DNA of 64,000 bases from an uncultured Actinomycetes bacterium (GTDB taxonomy: Bacteria; SZUA-79; Acidulodesulfobacterales; Acidulodesulfobacteraceae), in contig CAZVZU010000008.1 in the NCBI GenBank assembly GCA_964631685.1, forward strand, positions 10,476-74,475, in the 5' to 3' direction. Positions 1 to 9,081 of the stretch are shown here, piece after piece. Every line of letters starts with the position of its first letter. The first letter of the stretch is position 1. A model generated the notes under the pieces. That model searched no databases and had not been told where the DNA came from. It worked only from the letters and a program-made list of their open reading frames with translations. The translations under genes and the position numbers were made by a program.

Positions 1-2
1 AT

Positions 3-56
3 GAGATGTTCGAGTCAGTAATAACCGGGATTAATCAATTATGGCCAATGAGATAA
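3..56 (+). CDS. possible 3' end of an upstream gene (partial, ...EMFESVITGINQLWPMR*)
   Basis: Open frame from the window edge ending TAA at 54-56 and overlapping the next ATG; product unidentifiable. Confidence 0.35.
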   Translation, partial: EMFESVITGINQLWPMR

Positions 57-322
57 ATAAAAAAGAGATGAAGCACACTGTTGTACTCCTTGTTTCAAAG
101 TGGTGCGAGGAGTGTGTTCCTGCAGATAAAGCGTGGAAGAGGCTGCTGGATGAGCGCAAAGATTTTACTTATAAATCCCTAGATGTTGCCGATTCCGAAG
201 GAAGACGTCTTTCAATACAGCTTTATATCAGGAGTGTTCCTTCTACCGTTATCGATGGGAAACTTTCCTATGTTGGAGTTCCCACCAAAGAGGATGCTGA
301 CGAATTGCTTAATTTAGCTTGA
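41..322 (+). CDS. thioredoxin/glutaredoxin-like small protein
   Basis: WCEEC CxxC motif; SVPSTVIDG cis-Pro motif; 93 aa. Confidence 0.85.
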   Translation: MANEINKKEMKHTVVLLVSKWCEECVPADKAWKRLLDERKDFTYKSLDVADSEGRRLSIQLYIRSVPSTVIDGKLSYVGVPTKEDADELLNLA

Positions 323-370
323 TCTTTTTGTGATGATATATAAATAAAATAAAACAGGATCAAATTAAAA

Positions 371-3010
371 GTGAAAATCCCCAGAGCTTTTAGAAGATTA
401 GACAGGTTTATACTTTGTATTGCTGTTTCGACAGGTATCGTGATTGCCATAATATCCGCATTTTTACTTTCGAACTTTACCAATAGAATTATCAAGACCA
501 GTTCTATGGTTACCAGCTCCTATATCGCTGATCAAACATTTAACACGATGTATCAGATAATGAGCAAGGGTTGGAATGAAAAACAGGTGTTGTCCTTTAT
601 GGCTGCACTTAAAAAGTCCTCTAAAAATGAAAAAATGCTTAAGGTTATGATATTTAGGGGTGATATAGTCAAGAAACAGTTTGGGGCAGTGACGCAACCC
701 AAGGAAAATGACATTATTAAAAGAGCATTCGCAGCTAAAAAGCCAATACATAAAACCGTAAACGGAAAGGAGATATTTGCGTATCCTCTTATAGCGAACC
801 AGTTGTGTCTTAAATGCCATACAATCGAGAAGGTTGGCGATGTAAATGGTGTTGTGCAGGTTTCCTTTAATCCCTCGTTTTTGACCAATGAGTTCAGGGA
901 TTATTACTTCCTTATCTTATTCCTTATCTTTCTTTTCCCGATCATGGGAGGACTTTTTGTTACCGCCATTCTAAGGCGACAGGTAAAATATGGGGTAGAG
1001 AGTATTAATAGGGAGGTTGAAAGCATAAAAACGGTCAAAGATTTAAAAACGCTTGACGCAAAATTTGTTGACCTTAAATTTGATGAATTTAACCAAATTT
1101 ATAGGGGAGTAACAAGCCTTGCGCTTAAACTTCGTGATATTGCCGTAGATAAAGATGTTCTTGAATTCGAGATAAGACTTCTCGAGAGGTTTATTATAAC
1201 TTCAGAGGTTGTCAATGACTGGAAGGAGCATGTATTTCATCTTTTAATAGAGATGAACAAGATTTTAAAGGTCTATAATGTATTTTCAATATTTATTCAA
1301 GATGAAGACTTGATTGAAATAGAGGTATTCTGGAGAAACAAACCGACCGAAAACACTAAAAAATTATTTGATAAATTAATTTATCAAAGTGTGTATGATT
1401 CCGGTTTAAATGGTTTTTGTGTACAAGGCATAGGGAACCATGAGGTATTTCACAATGTAGCTGATAGCAGTTCCATTCTTCGCGAACTCTCTGAGGAAGA
1501 CATATTGGTTCAAACGAAAAAGGTAATTTTGGATGTTCCGCACATAGGCGGAATAGTCGGCATAGGCGTTCAGGCCGAGGATGCTATAGACAGCACGCGA
1601 GAACTAGTTATAAATAGTGTTCTTACTACGCTTTTGAATGTTATAGGCTCGATAAAAGCGATATATAAATATACGAAAGATTTAGAATATTACGCTACGA
1701 GGGATGGGCTAACAGGGCTTTATAATCAGAGGGTTTTTACGGAGTTTTTGCATTATGAGGTAGAAAGGGCAAAAAGAAATAATTATGTTTTCAGTCTAGT
1801 GTTTATAGATTTGGATAATTTCAAGCTGATTAACGATATGTATGGCCATAATTTTGGGGATGAATTCCTCAAGGGCGTAGGCGGCGTATTAGAAAAAACA
1901 AAACGGAATGAGGATATATTGGCCCGTTACGGGGGTGATGAATTTGTAATGATACTTCCGGAAGCGGGGCAGGAACAGGCTTATATGATATCGGAAAGGA
2001 TAATGAGTAAGATACGATCATTTTCATTAAAGGATGGTAATTCCCAAAAAATAGTCAGTGCAACCGCGTCTATAGGGATATCCGTTTACCCATATTCTGC
2101 AACTAACGAAAAAGACATGTTTCTACTTGCCGACAACATGATGTATAAGGCCAAAAGCGAGGGTAAGAACATAATTTATATGGCAAAAGAAGAAGATTTA
2201 GTTTCGGTTTATCAAGTGTTATCCGAAAAGAGCAAGATGGTCTTGAATGCGTTGGAGCAAGATTTAATAGTACCGTATTTTCAACCTATCAAGGAGCTAG
2301 ACACCGATAAGATTGTTGCCCACGAGCTTTTAATGAGAATAAAACTAGACGCTAAGACCGGTGGCATAGAATATCAACAGGGTGCCGGACATGCTCAGTC
2401 ATCCTCCGGCGACGTTATTATTTCGGCGGGGGAGTTTATTGAAATAGCCGAAGATATAGGGGTCGCTCACAAATTAGATTTATTGCTGCTGGAAAAGGCT
2501 TTTAAAAAGGTTAAGGACGAGAATTACGGTGATATTTTATTTGTCAATCTGTCTCCTAAATCATTAGTTTTGTCGGATTATGTTAAAACGGTAAAAATGC
2601 TTTCTTTGCAATATAATATTGATGTGTCCAAAATAGTGTTTGAGATAACAGAAAGGGAAACCGTGAGGAATATAACCCTCCTTGAAAAATTTGTGGCTAA
2701 TCTCAAATATGAGGGGTTTAGATTTGCGATAGATGATTTTGGTTCCGGTTTTAGTTCCTTTTTATACATTAAAAGATTTCACATTGATTTTATCAAGATA
2801 GACGGCGAGTTTATAAGGGGTATTCTAAAAGATAAAATGGATAGGGCAGTCGTCGTTAGTTCTATCTCAATAGCAAAAGAAATGGGAATAAGGACGATTG
2901 CCGAATTTATTGAGTCGAATGAAATTGCCCTGGAACTTAAAAAGTTAAATATAGATTATGGCCAAGGCTTTTTCATAGGCATGCCCGCTGATAATTTTTC
3001 AGACACATAA
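371..3010 (+). CDS. membrane-bound diguanylate cyclase/phosphodiesterase (GGDEF+EAL) with periplasmic CxxCH heme-c sensor domain
   Basis: Two TM helices flanking CLKCH; DLDNFK, RxxD I-site (RNED), GGDEF; ELL(MR), EITE, DDFGSG, KID, QGF motifs; GTG start. Confidence 0.92.
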   Translation: MKIPRAFRRLDRFILCIAVSTGIVIAIISAFLLSNFTNRIIKTSSMVTSSYIADQTFNTMYQIMSKGWNEKQVLSFMAALKKSSKNEKMLKVMIFRGDIVKKQFGAVTQPKENDIIKRAFAAKKPIHKTVNGKEIFAYPLIANQLCLKCHTIEKVGDVNGVVQVSFNPSFLTNEFRDYYFLILFLIFLFPIMGGLFVTAILRRQVKYGVESINREVESIKTVKDLKTLDAKFVDLKFDEFNQIYRGVTSLALKLRDIAVDKDVLEFEIRLLERFIITSEVVNDWKEHVFHLLIEMNKILKVYNVFSIFIQDEDLIEIEVFWRNKPTENTKKLFDKLIYQSVYDSGLNGFCVQGIGNHEVFHNVADSSSILRELSEEDILVQTKKVILDVPHIGGIVGIGVQAEDAIDSTRELVINSVLTTLLNVIGSIKAIYKYTKDLEYYATRDGLTGLYNQRVFTEFLHYEVERAKRNNYVFSLVFIDLDNFKLINDMYGHNFGDEFLKGVGGVLEKTKRNEDILARYGGDEFVMILPEAGQEQAYMISERIMSKIRSFSLKDGNSQKIVSATASIGISVYPYSATNEKDMFLLADNMMYKAKSEGKNIIYMAKEEDLVSVYQVLSEKSKMVLNALEQDLIVPYFQPIKELDTDKIVAHELLMRIKLDAKTGGIEYQQGAGHAQSSSGDVIISAGEFIEIAEDIGVAHKLDLLLLEKAFKKVKDENYGDILFVNLSPKSLVLSDYVKTVKMLSLQYNIDVSKIVFEITERETVRNITLLEKFVANLKYEGFRFAIDDFGSGFSSFLYIKRFHIDFIKIDGEFIRGILKDKMDRAVVVSSISIAKEMGIRTIAEFIESNEIALELKKLNIDYGQGFFIGMPADNFSDT

Positions 3011-3019
3011 AAAAAAGCA

Positions 3020-5455
3020 TCATCCGCAATCGGAGTATCCGCAATCAAGACATACTGTGCATCCTTCTGCATGCTTTAGGTTGGAACCGCCACATGATGG
3101 GCAGGCTCCTCTTCCTTGTGCTTTATGCTTATCGTGATGTTTGTGCTTGGGCGGTTCAATGTCTGGATGATTTTCATTGGTATCGCCTCGCGAACCTATA
3201 GGTTCCGACATACTTCTTTCAAGCGCTTTTCCGATAGCATCTGCGCATGAGTATATTGTGTTGGCGCCGAAACCGTAGGGTATGTTGCACCTGATTCCTT
3301 TTAACTGATTGATTATTTCTGTTGCACCTATTCCTGACCTCAATGCCATGCTTACCATCCTGCCAGTTGATTCGGTTTGAGACTGAGCACATCCGCCGGA
3401 TTTACCGATAGAATTGAATATTTCAAAGGGTCTGCCGCTTTCATCGTAATTTATCGTTACATATAATGGACCGCAACCGGTTGTGGTTTTAACCGTAACT
3501 CCGTGTATCATAGCCGGTCTTTTTCTCGGCTCTATTGGTTTGCCGGTTAGGCTTGTATCATTTTCTATTGGCTTGTTTTCTCTATTACCAGAAGAGGAAC
3601 CGGTCGTCAAGACTTGCAAGTCTCTTGAACCGTCCCTGTAAACCGTGATGCCCTTTAAGTTAAGGTCGTATGCCAGCATGTATACTTCTTTGATATCTTC
3701 TTTTTTTGCGGAATTAGAGAAATTAACCGTCTTACTGACAGCGTTATCAATGTGTTTTTGGAATGCTACTTGCGTCATAACATGCCATTTTGGGGTAATG
3801 CCATGGGATGTGATAAATATGCGACTAAGATATTTGAAAACATCGGGGGACAATAGGCTAGTGATGTCCCCTTTGTAAGACTTACCCATACTGCCGTTTT
3901 TGATGACAAAATCTATTAATTCCGTAGAATATGCCCCTGTGTCGTCAAGTTTGGTTTTAAAATTTTTATCTATCTCTATTAGAGTTTGATTGTCCAGAAC
4001 ATGTCTTTCATAAGCCAATGCAAATAATGGCTCTATCCCGCTGGATGCCCCCGCGATAATACTTATGGTGCCGGTCGGCGCAATGGTTGTGGTTGTCCCA
4101 TTTCTCATTGTATTATAGCCCTTGCTTTTCCATATGGAATTGTCAAAGTTAGGAAAATTTCCCCTGTCTTGCCCTAATTCTTCAGATTTTAATTTTGATT
4201 CTTTATCAATAAAGCCCATTATTTTTTCGGCTATTTTAAGTGCCAAGTCACTGTCATAAGGGATTCCTAATTTTATTAGCGTATCGGCATAGCCCATGAT
4301 TCCTAGCCCTATTTTTCTATTTGCAAGCGTCATCTGTCTTATTTTTTCAATGGGATAATGATTTTTATCTATGACATTGTCTAGGAAGTGAATGGCAGTA
4401 TCTACCGTTTTTTTTAGAGCTTTAAAGTCAATACGATTTAGATAATAAGATAAAGTGTCGTCAATCGTTGAGTTTGCTCCATTTTCTATCTCATTAAGTT
4501 TTTTTAAGATATCTGTAACATTAAATTTTTCATTATCGTCTTTTATAAATTTTCCTATATTGATAGACCCTAAATTGCAGGATTCGTGAGCTTCTAGCGG
4601 TTGTTCGCCGCATGGATTTGTCGCCTCTATTTTTTTTCCTGACAGACGCATAGGGTTAAGTTTATTTATCCTATCAATAAATATAATCCCCGGTTCTCCG
4701 CTTAGCCATGCACTTTCCACTATTAAATTAAAAACGTTTTTAGCGTTAAGATGTTTAACGGTTTTGCCGTTCCTTGGGTTCAGCAGAGGATAATTCTCAT
4801 TTTTAACGGCATGATTCATAAAGTCTTCGGTTATAGCAACGGAGATATTGAAATTATTGAGTTTTGAAGTATCTTTTTTAGATGTTATGAAGTCTAATAT
4901 ATCCGGATGATCTATTCTCAGGATGCCCATATTTGCACCCCTTCTTGTTCCGCCTTGCTTAATTGCTTCGGTAGCGCTGTTAAATACCTGCATAAAGGAG
5001 ACGGGTCCGCTTGATACACCCTTTGTAGAATGGACTACATCATTTTTTGGTCTCAAATTAGAAAAAGAAAAGCCCGTCCCGCCGCCACTCTGATGTATAA
5101 GCGCAGTATTTTTTATTGTTTCAAAGATTGATTCCATAGAATCTTCAATTGGAAGAACGAAGCAGGCAGAAAGTTGCTGTAATGATCTCCCTGCATTCAT
5201 TAATGTGGGGGAGTTTGGTAAAAAGCGGAGGTTTATCATCTCTTCGAAAAACACATCTTCCGTCTTGCTAATATCTTCTTTTGTTTTGTGATAGTTGGAG
5301 TCGGCTTCGGAGATGTTCCTTGCTACTCTTCTAAACATTTCGGATATCGTTTCGGTAATTTCGCCCTTCTCGTTTTTAGCTAAATATCTTTTTTGTAAAA
5401 CGGTTATGCTGTTTTTGGAAAAATTTTTTGTAAGCACGTCATTTTTATCTTTCAT
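3020..5455 (-). CDS. nrdJ: class II (adenosylcobalamin-dependent) ribonucleotide reductase with C-terminal TSCPD-like domain and Zn ribbon
   Basis: PNSPTLMNAG, LSACFV, RRGANMG, TNPCGEQ, IAPTGT, YRDGSR; C-terminal CPSC...CxxC; start placed at ATG 5455 behind AGGAG. Confidence 0.93.
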   Translation of the reverse strand: MKDKNDVLTKNFSKNSITVLQKRYLAKNEKGEITETISEMFRRVARNISEADSNYHKTKEDISKTEDVFFEEMINLRFLPNSPTLMNAGRSLQQLSACFVLPIEDSMESIFETIKNTALIHQSGGGTGFSFSNLRPKNDVVHSTKGVSSGPVSFMQVFNSATEAIKQGGTRRGANMGILRIDHPDILDFITSKKDTSKLNNFNISVAITEDFMNHAVKNENYPLLNPRNGKTVKHLNAKNVFNLIVESAWLSGEPGIIFIDRINKLNPMRLSGKKIEATNPCGEQPLEAHESCNLGSINIGKFIKDDNEKFNVTDILKKLNEIENGANSTIDDTLSYYLNRIDFKALKKTVDTAIHFLDNVIDKNHYPIEKIRQMTLANRKIGLGIMGYADTLIKLGIPYDSDLALKIAEKIMGFIDKESKLKSEELGQDRGNFPNFDNSIWKSKGYNTMRNGTTTTIAPTGTISIIAGASSGIEPLFALAYERHVLDNQTLIEIDKNFKTKLDDTGAYSTELIDFVIKNGSMGKSYKGDITSLLSPDVFKYLSRIFITSHGITPKWHVMTQVAFQKHIDNAVSKTVNFSNSAKKEDIKEVYMLAYDLNLKGITVYRDGSRDLQVLTTGSSSGNRENKPIENDTSLTGKPIEPRKRPAMIHGVTVKTTTGCGPLYVTINYDESGRPFEIFNSIGKSGGCAQSQTESTGRMVSMALRSGIGATEIINQLKGIRCNIPYGFGANTIYSCADAIGKALERSMSEPIGSRGDTNENHPDIEPPKHKHHDKHKAQGRGACPSCGGSNLKHAEGCTVCLDCGYSDCG

Positions 5456-5489
5456 TTTTGCTCCTGTCATTGAACATTTAAATATTTAT

Positions 5490-5505
5490 TTACAATATAT
5501 AGTTA
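5490..5505. promoter_or_regulatory. NrdR box 1
   Basis: ttaCaAtATaTaGtta matches the NrdR consensus acaCwAtATaTwGtgt; directly upstream of nrdJ. Confidence 0.8.
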
Positions 5506-5519
5506 TATTTTATATTTAT

Positions 5520-5535
5520 TTACAATATATTGTAA
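5520..5535. promoter_or_regulatory. NrdR box 2
   Basis: ttacaatatattgtaa perfect palindrome, 30 bp from box 1, overlapping the predicted -10. Confidence 0.82.
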
Positions 5536-5550
5536 ATAATCTTTTGTCAA
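5522..5550 (-). promoter_or_regulatory. sigma70-type promoter of nrdJ
   Basis: Minus strand TTGACA (5550-5545), 17 bp, TATTGT (5527-5522). Confidence 0.65.
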
Positions 5551-5673
5551 TATTTTTTTAATTATTGTTTTTAATTGTAAATCGTATTTAAAAGATTTAT
5601 AATTCAGTAAAAGCTACAAGTAAAATATAAATTCATATATAGGCTATGTGGAGGGGCTAATTAAAATAAAACG

Positions 5674-6381
5674 ATGAGTGACAGTTTAAAGTATATTAAT
5701 AATATGGGTATTTTAGCCCATGTGCTAAACACAAATATTGTTGTAAAGCTGGTTCTTTTAATCTTATTTGTTTTCTCCTTGACATCGTGGGCTATTATCT
5801 TTTATAAGTTAAATTATCTCAATAAAGCGAAAAGGGAGGATAAGGAGTTTCTTGATTTATTCTGGGAATCAAAAAGATTAGATTATGTTTATGCATCCAT
5901 CAAGAACTTTAACTATAGTCCTATAGCTTTTATGTTTGGCGCTACATACAAAACGCTTATAGATATTAAAAAAAAGTTGGAGAATAAAGATAGATTATTT
6001 GGTAGCGAGAGCAATAATGAGAATAGAGCTTATATAGAAAGGGCTTTAAAAAAATCTCAGCTCTCATCTATGACAAAACTAGAAGTGTCGCTTCCGTTTT
6101 TGGCGACGGTGGGTTCTACCGCTCCCTTTATAGGTTTATTCGGAACAGTTTGGGGAATAATGGCTTCGTTTGAAAGCATTCAAAGGGCGGGGACAGCCGG
6201 TTTGGCTGTTGTGGCCCCTGGTATCGCAGATGCATTAATAGCTACGGCAGCCGGTCTTTTTGCGGCAATACCGGCTGTAATTGCGTATAACTATTATTCT
6301 AATAAGGTAAGAGTTTTGGTTAATGGGATGACTGATTTTGCATATGAGTTTATGACTATAATTGAAAGGCAGATTTTATAA
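5674..6381 (+). CDS. tolQ: TolQ (MotA/TolQ/ExbB proton channel)
   Basis: LATVGSTAPFIGLFGTVWGIM and ALIATAAGLFAAIPAV motifs; operon context. Confidence 0.93.
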   Translation: MSDSLKYINNMGILAHVLNTNIVVKLVLLILFVFSLTSWAIIFYKLNYLNKAKREDKEFLDLFWESKRLDYVYASIKNFNYSPIAFMFGATYKTLIDIKKKLENKDRLFGSESNNENRAYIERALKKSQLSSMTKLEVSLPFLATVGSTAPFIGLFGTVWGIMASFESIQRAGTAGLAVVAPGIADALIATAAGLFAAIPAVIAYNYYSNKVRVLVNGMTDFAYEFMTIIERQIL

Positions 6382-6386
6382 TAATT

Positions 6387-6827
6387 ATGTTTACACCGTT
6401 TGACGATAAAGAAGGCAGGAGAGGTTTTTCTTTTGATTTTAAGCTAATGTCCGACATAAACATCACCCCGTTTGTTGATGTTATGCTCGTTCTTCTCGTT
6501 ATCTTTATGGTAACCGCTCCAATGTTGGTGCATGGAATAAATGTGCATTTACCGGTGGCTAAAACACGGACATTAAGGGCTCCGGAAAAAACAATAGTTA
6601 TTTCCGTAACGTCCAATAGAAGGATTTATGTAAATAGCTCTAGGGTAGGCTTTTCAATTTTAACCAGAAAGTTGCGAGTTTTATATAAAGGCAGAAAGGA
6701 TAAGCAAATATTTCTTAAGGCAAGTTCCGTTATATCTTATGGTTATGTAATGCGTATTATGACTGCCATAAAAGATGCGGGCATAACAAAAATAGGCATG
6801 GTAACGGCAAATCTCAAACATAGGTAA
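6387..6827 (+). CDS. tolR: TolR (ExbD/TolR)
   Basis: INITPFVDVMLVLLVIFMVTAP motif. Confidence 0.92.
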   Translation: MFTPFDDKEGRRGFSFDFKLMSDINITPFVDVMLVLLVIFMVTAPMLVHGINVHLPVAKTRTLRAPEKTIVISVTSNRRIYVNSSRVGFSILTRKLRVLYKGRKDKQIFLKASSVISYGYVMRIMTAIKDAGITKIGMVTANLKHR

Positions 6828-6872
6828 CATATTTAAGTTACGGTTGATATAACTAAGTGAAGTTGTGTTAAA

Positions 6873-7628
6873 ATGTTTAATGACAATCAAGGCAATATTG
6901 GAAGATATTATATATATTCGATTTTATTTCATCTGATTTTGATAGGTTTGGTATTCTATTTAGCGATTAGATATAAACCGGAGATTCAATCTGTAGGTTC
7001 AAATGTGGTTGTCAGTATTACAAGCAGCATACCTATGCGGCATATCCCGACGAGGGTTGTAAAAAAACGGTTCGTCAAGGTTAAACGAAGCGGGCATGTC
7101 AAGGTTAAGATGGTAGTGAAGCATAGTAAGCAAGAGGTAAAGGTTGCCAAGCGGGTTGCAATTGTAAGCAAACCGGTTCATGTTGAAAAAATTATTAAAA
7201 CACACGTCTTGCCGGTTGCTACGGTTAGCTCCAGTATTTACGCTAAGTTAAGCCACAAAGTAAGCCTTCGTAGTGCATATAATAAAGTTAAGGCATCTTT
7301 AGTTAAGGGAAATATCCAGAAATTTATAGCATATAGTAACAGAATAGAGCCTATTATTATGTCTAATTTTAATATTCCCCTAACTAAATATTTAAGCTAT
7401 AAATCTGTTGTTGCTATCCAAATAACGGACTCCGGCAGGATTTACGATGTCATACGGGTTAAGTCTTCTGGTAGTACTTATTTCGATTCGCAAGCAATGG
7501 AGGCGTTAAAGCTCTCAAGCCCATTACCTCCGCCGCCGAAGGGCTTTATGGCTTTTATAAACTCTAAAAATGCCGGTGATGGTGTTTTAATAAATTTCGA
7601 TCCGAATGAGATTATAAAAAATAAATAG
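6873..7628 (+). CDS. tolA: TolA/TonB-like energy transducer
   Basis: N-terminal SxxxH TM anchor (SILFH); C-terminal SSG..FD..A...PLPPPP TonB_C-like domain; between tolR and tolB. Confidence 0.8.
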   Translation: MFNDNQGNIGRYYIYSILFHLILIGLVFYLAIRYKPEIQSVGSNVVVSITSSIPMRHIPTRVVKKRFVKVKRSGHVKVKMVVKHSKQEVKVAKRVAIVSKPVHVEKIIKTHVLPVATVSSSIYAKLSHKVSLRSAYNKVKASLVKGNIQKFIAYSNRIEPIIMSNFNIPLTKYLSYKSVVAIQITDSGRIYDVIRVKSSGSTYFDSQAMEALKLSSPLPPPPKGFMAFINSKNAGDGVLINFDPNEIIKNK

Positions 7629-7658
7629 TACGATTGTCTGGAGTCAGGTAAGTCAAAA

Positions 7659-9005
7659 ATGCTCAAAGTTAAATTTAGTGGTTACTGTAAGATTTTTTGT
7701 GGTGTGTTATTTTTTTTGTTTTTATTGCCCGTTAATTCTTACTCAAAGGTATATATAAATATCTATGCCGCAAAGATTAAAAAGGTTAGGGTTGCTGTGA
7801 CTGATTTTAAAAATATTTCAAAACGTGGACAGCATCAAAACATTGCAAGCAACATTGCTCATATTATTAGGCACGACCTTTCCGTTATTGGGTATTTTAG
7901 TGTCGTAGATCCGCTTTTATATCTCGAAAATCCTCAATATGCGCCTATAAGCGCTAATAAAATAGATTTCGCAGACTGGAGCATACTAAACGCACAGTAT
8001 TTAATTAACGGCACATATAAAATCAAAAATGGCAAGATACAAATTAGTGCAAATTTTATAAGTGTTTATTCCAGAAAACTGCTATTAACCGAAATATTCA
8101 AGGGACGCATTAATCAGTACAGATATATGGCAAATAAGTTTTCAGATGAGATAGTAAAATTTTTAAGTGGCAAAAAGGGTCCGTTTACTACGAAAATATT
8201 TTTTGTAGGTGAGCGAGATGGTGTGAAAAATATTTTTATGATGAATTTTGGGGGACATAGGGTAAGAAAAATTACCGATAACAGGTCAATAAATATATTT
8301 CCATCCCCATCCCCCGGCGGACGTAGCGTTGCATATATCTCATTTAAAGATGGAAGTCCTGCAGTTTTTGTTAAAAATTTAAATACAAATCGAACTGTAA
8401 AACTTAACCTACTCGGACCCGCAGATTATGTTGCGTGGTCGCCTACGGGAAGTAAATTAGCTATAGCTCTTACACCGGACCGCTACAATACCGAAATATA
8501 TACGGTTGACACAAACGGGAGGGATTTAAAACAATTGACATTTACGGGGGGAATAAATACATCTCCTTCGTTTTCTCCAAATGGGAGTAGAATTGTTTTC
8601 GTTTCTAACAGAGGAGGAAGTCCTCAGGTTTATATAATGAATTTTGATGGCAGCGACCAACGCCGCATTACTTATAACGGCAGTAATTATAATACCAGTC
8701 CCGCGTGGTCGCCTGACGGACAAAAGATTGCTTTTACATCTTTAATAAAGGGTGTTCTTCAAGTGTGTATTATAAATACCAATGGAACGGGTGAAAAGCA
8801 GGTTACCGATACGCCGTATAGCGCTCTGCATCCCGCATGGACGAGGGATTCTAGGATAATTACTTTCAGTACCGACATTGCGGGTAAACAGAAATTATTT
8901 ATGATAGACGTGAATGAGGGTGATATGACGAGGTTGGCACCTTATATGTTTCCGGAAATGCAGAATTATTCAAGTGCGGAGTGGTCGTTAAAATCCTCTT
9001 ATTGA
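7659..9005 (+). CDS. tolB: TolB periplasmic beta-propeller
   Basis: Signal peptide, TolB_N-like region, PD40 repeats (WSPTG, SPSFSPNG, SPAWSPDG), SNRGGSPQVY. Confidence 0.92.
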   Translation: MLKVKFSGYCKIFCGVLFFLFLLPVNSYSKVYINIYAAKIKKVRVAVTDFKNISKRGQHQNIASNIAHIIRHDLSVIGYFSVVDPLLYLENPQYAPISANKIDFADWSILNAQYLINGTYKIKNGKIQISANFISVYSRKLLLTEIFKGRINQYRYMANKFSDEIVKFLSGKKGPFTTKIFFVGERDGVKNIFMMNFGGHRVRKITDNRSINIFPSPSPGGRSVAYISFKDGSPAVFVKNLNTNRTVKLNLLGPADYVAWSPTGSKLAIALTPDRYNTEIYTVDTNGRDLKQLTFTGGINTSPSFSPNGSRIVFVSNRGGSPQVYIMNFDGSDQRRITYNGSNYNTSPAWSPDGQKIAFTSLIKGVLQVCIINTNGTGEKQVTDTPYSALHPAWTRDSRIITFSTDIAGKQKLFMIDVNEGDMTRLAPYMFPEMQNYSSAEWSLKSSY

Positions 9006-9081
9006 AAAATATGATTTTATGTGTTAATCTCTAGATATTAATTATAAAATTTTTAAATTCAATTGGGGTTTTTTAGGCGTC

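Noticed and set aside
3002..3022. Selenocysteine readthrough of the nrdJ TGA after Cys-Gly
   Set aside because: The C-terminus already matches a normal NrdJ end, no SECIS-like hairpin follows, and another stop comes within 7 codons
5295..5561. 88-aa + strand ORF with repeated IYLQYIV
   Set aside because: The peptide repeat is just the translated NrdR-box duplication; antisense to nrdJ
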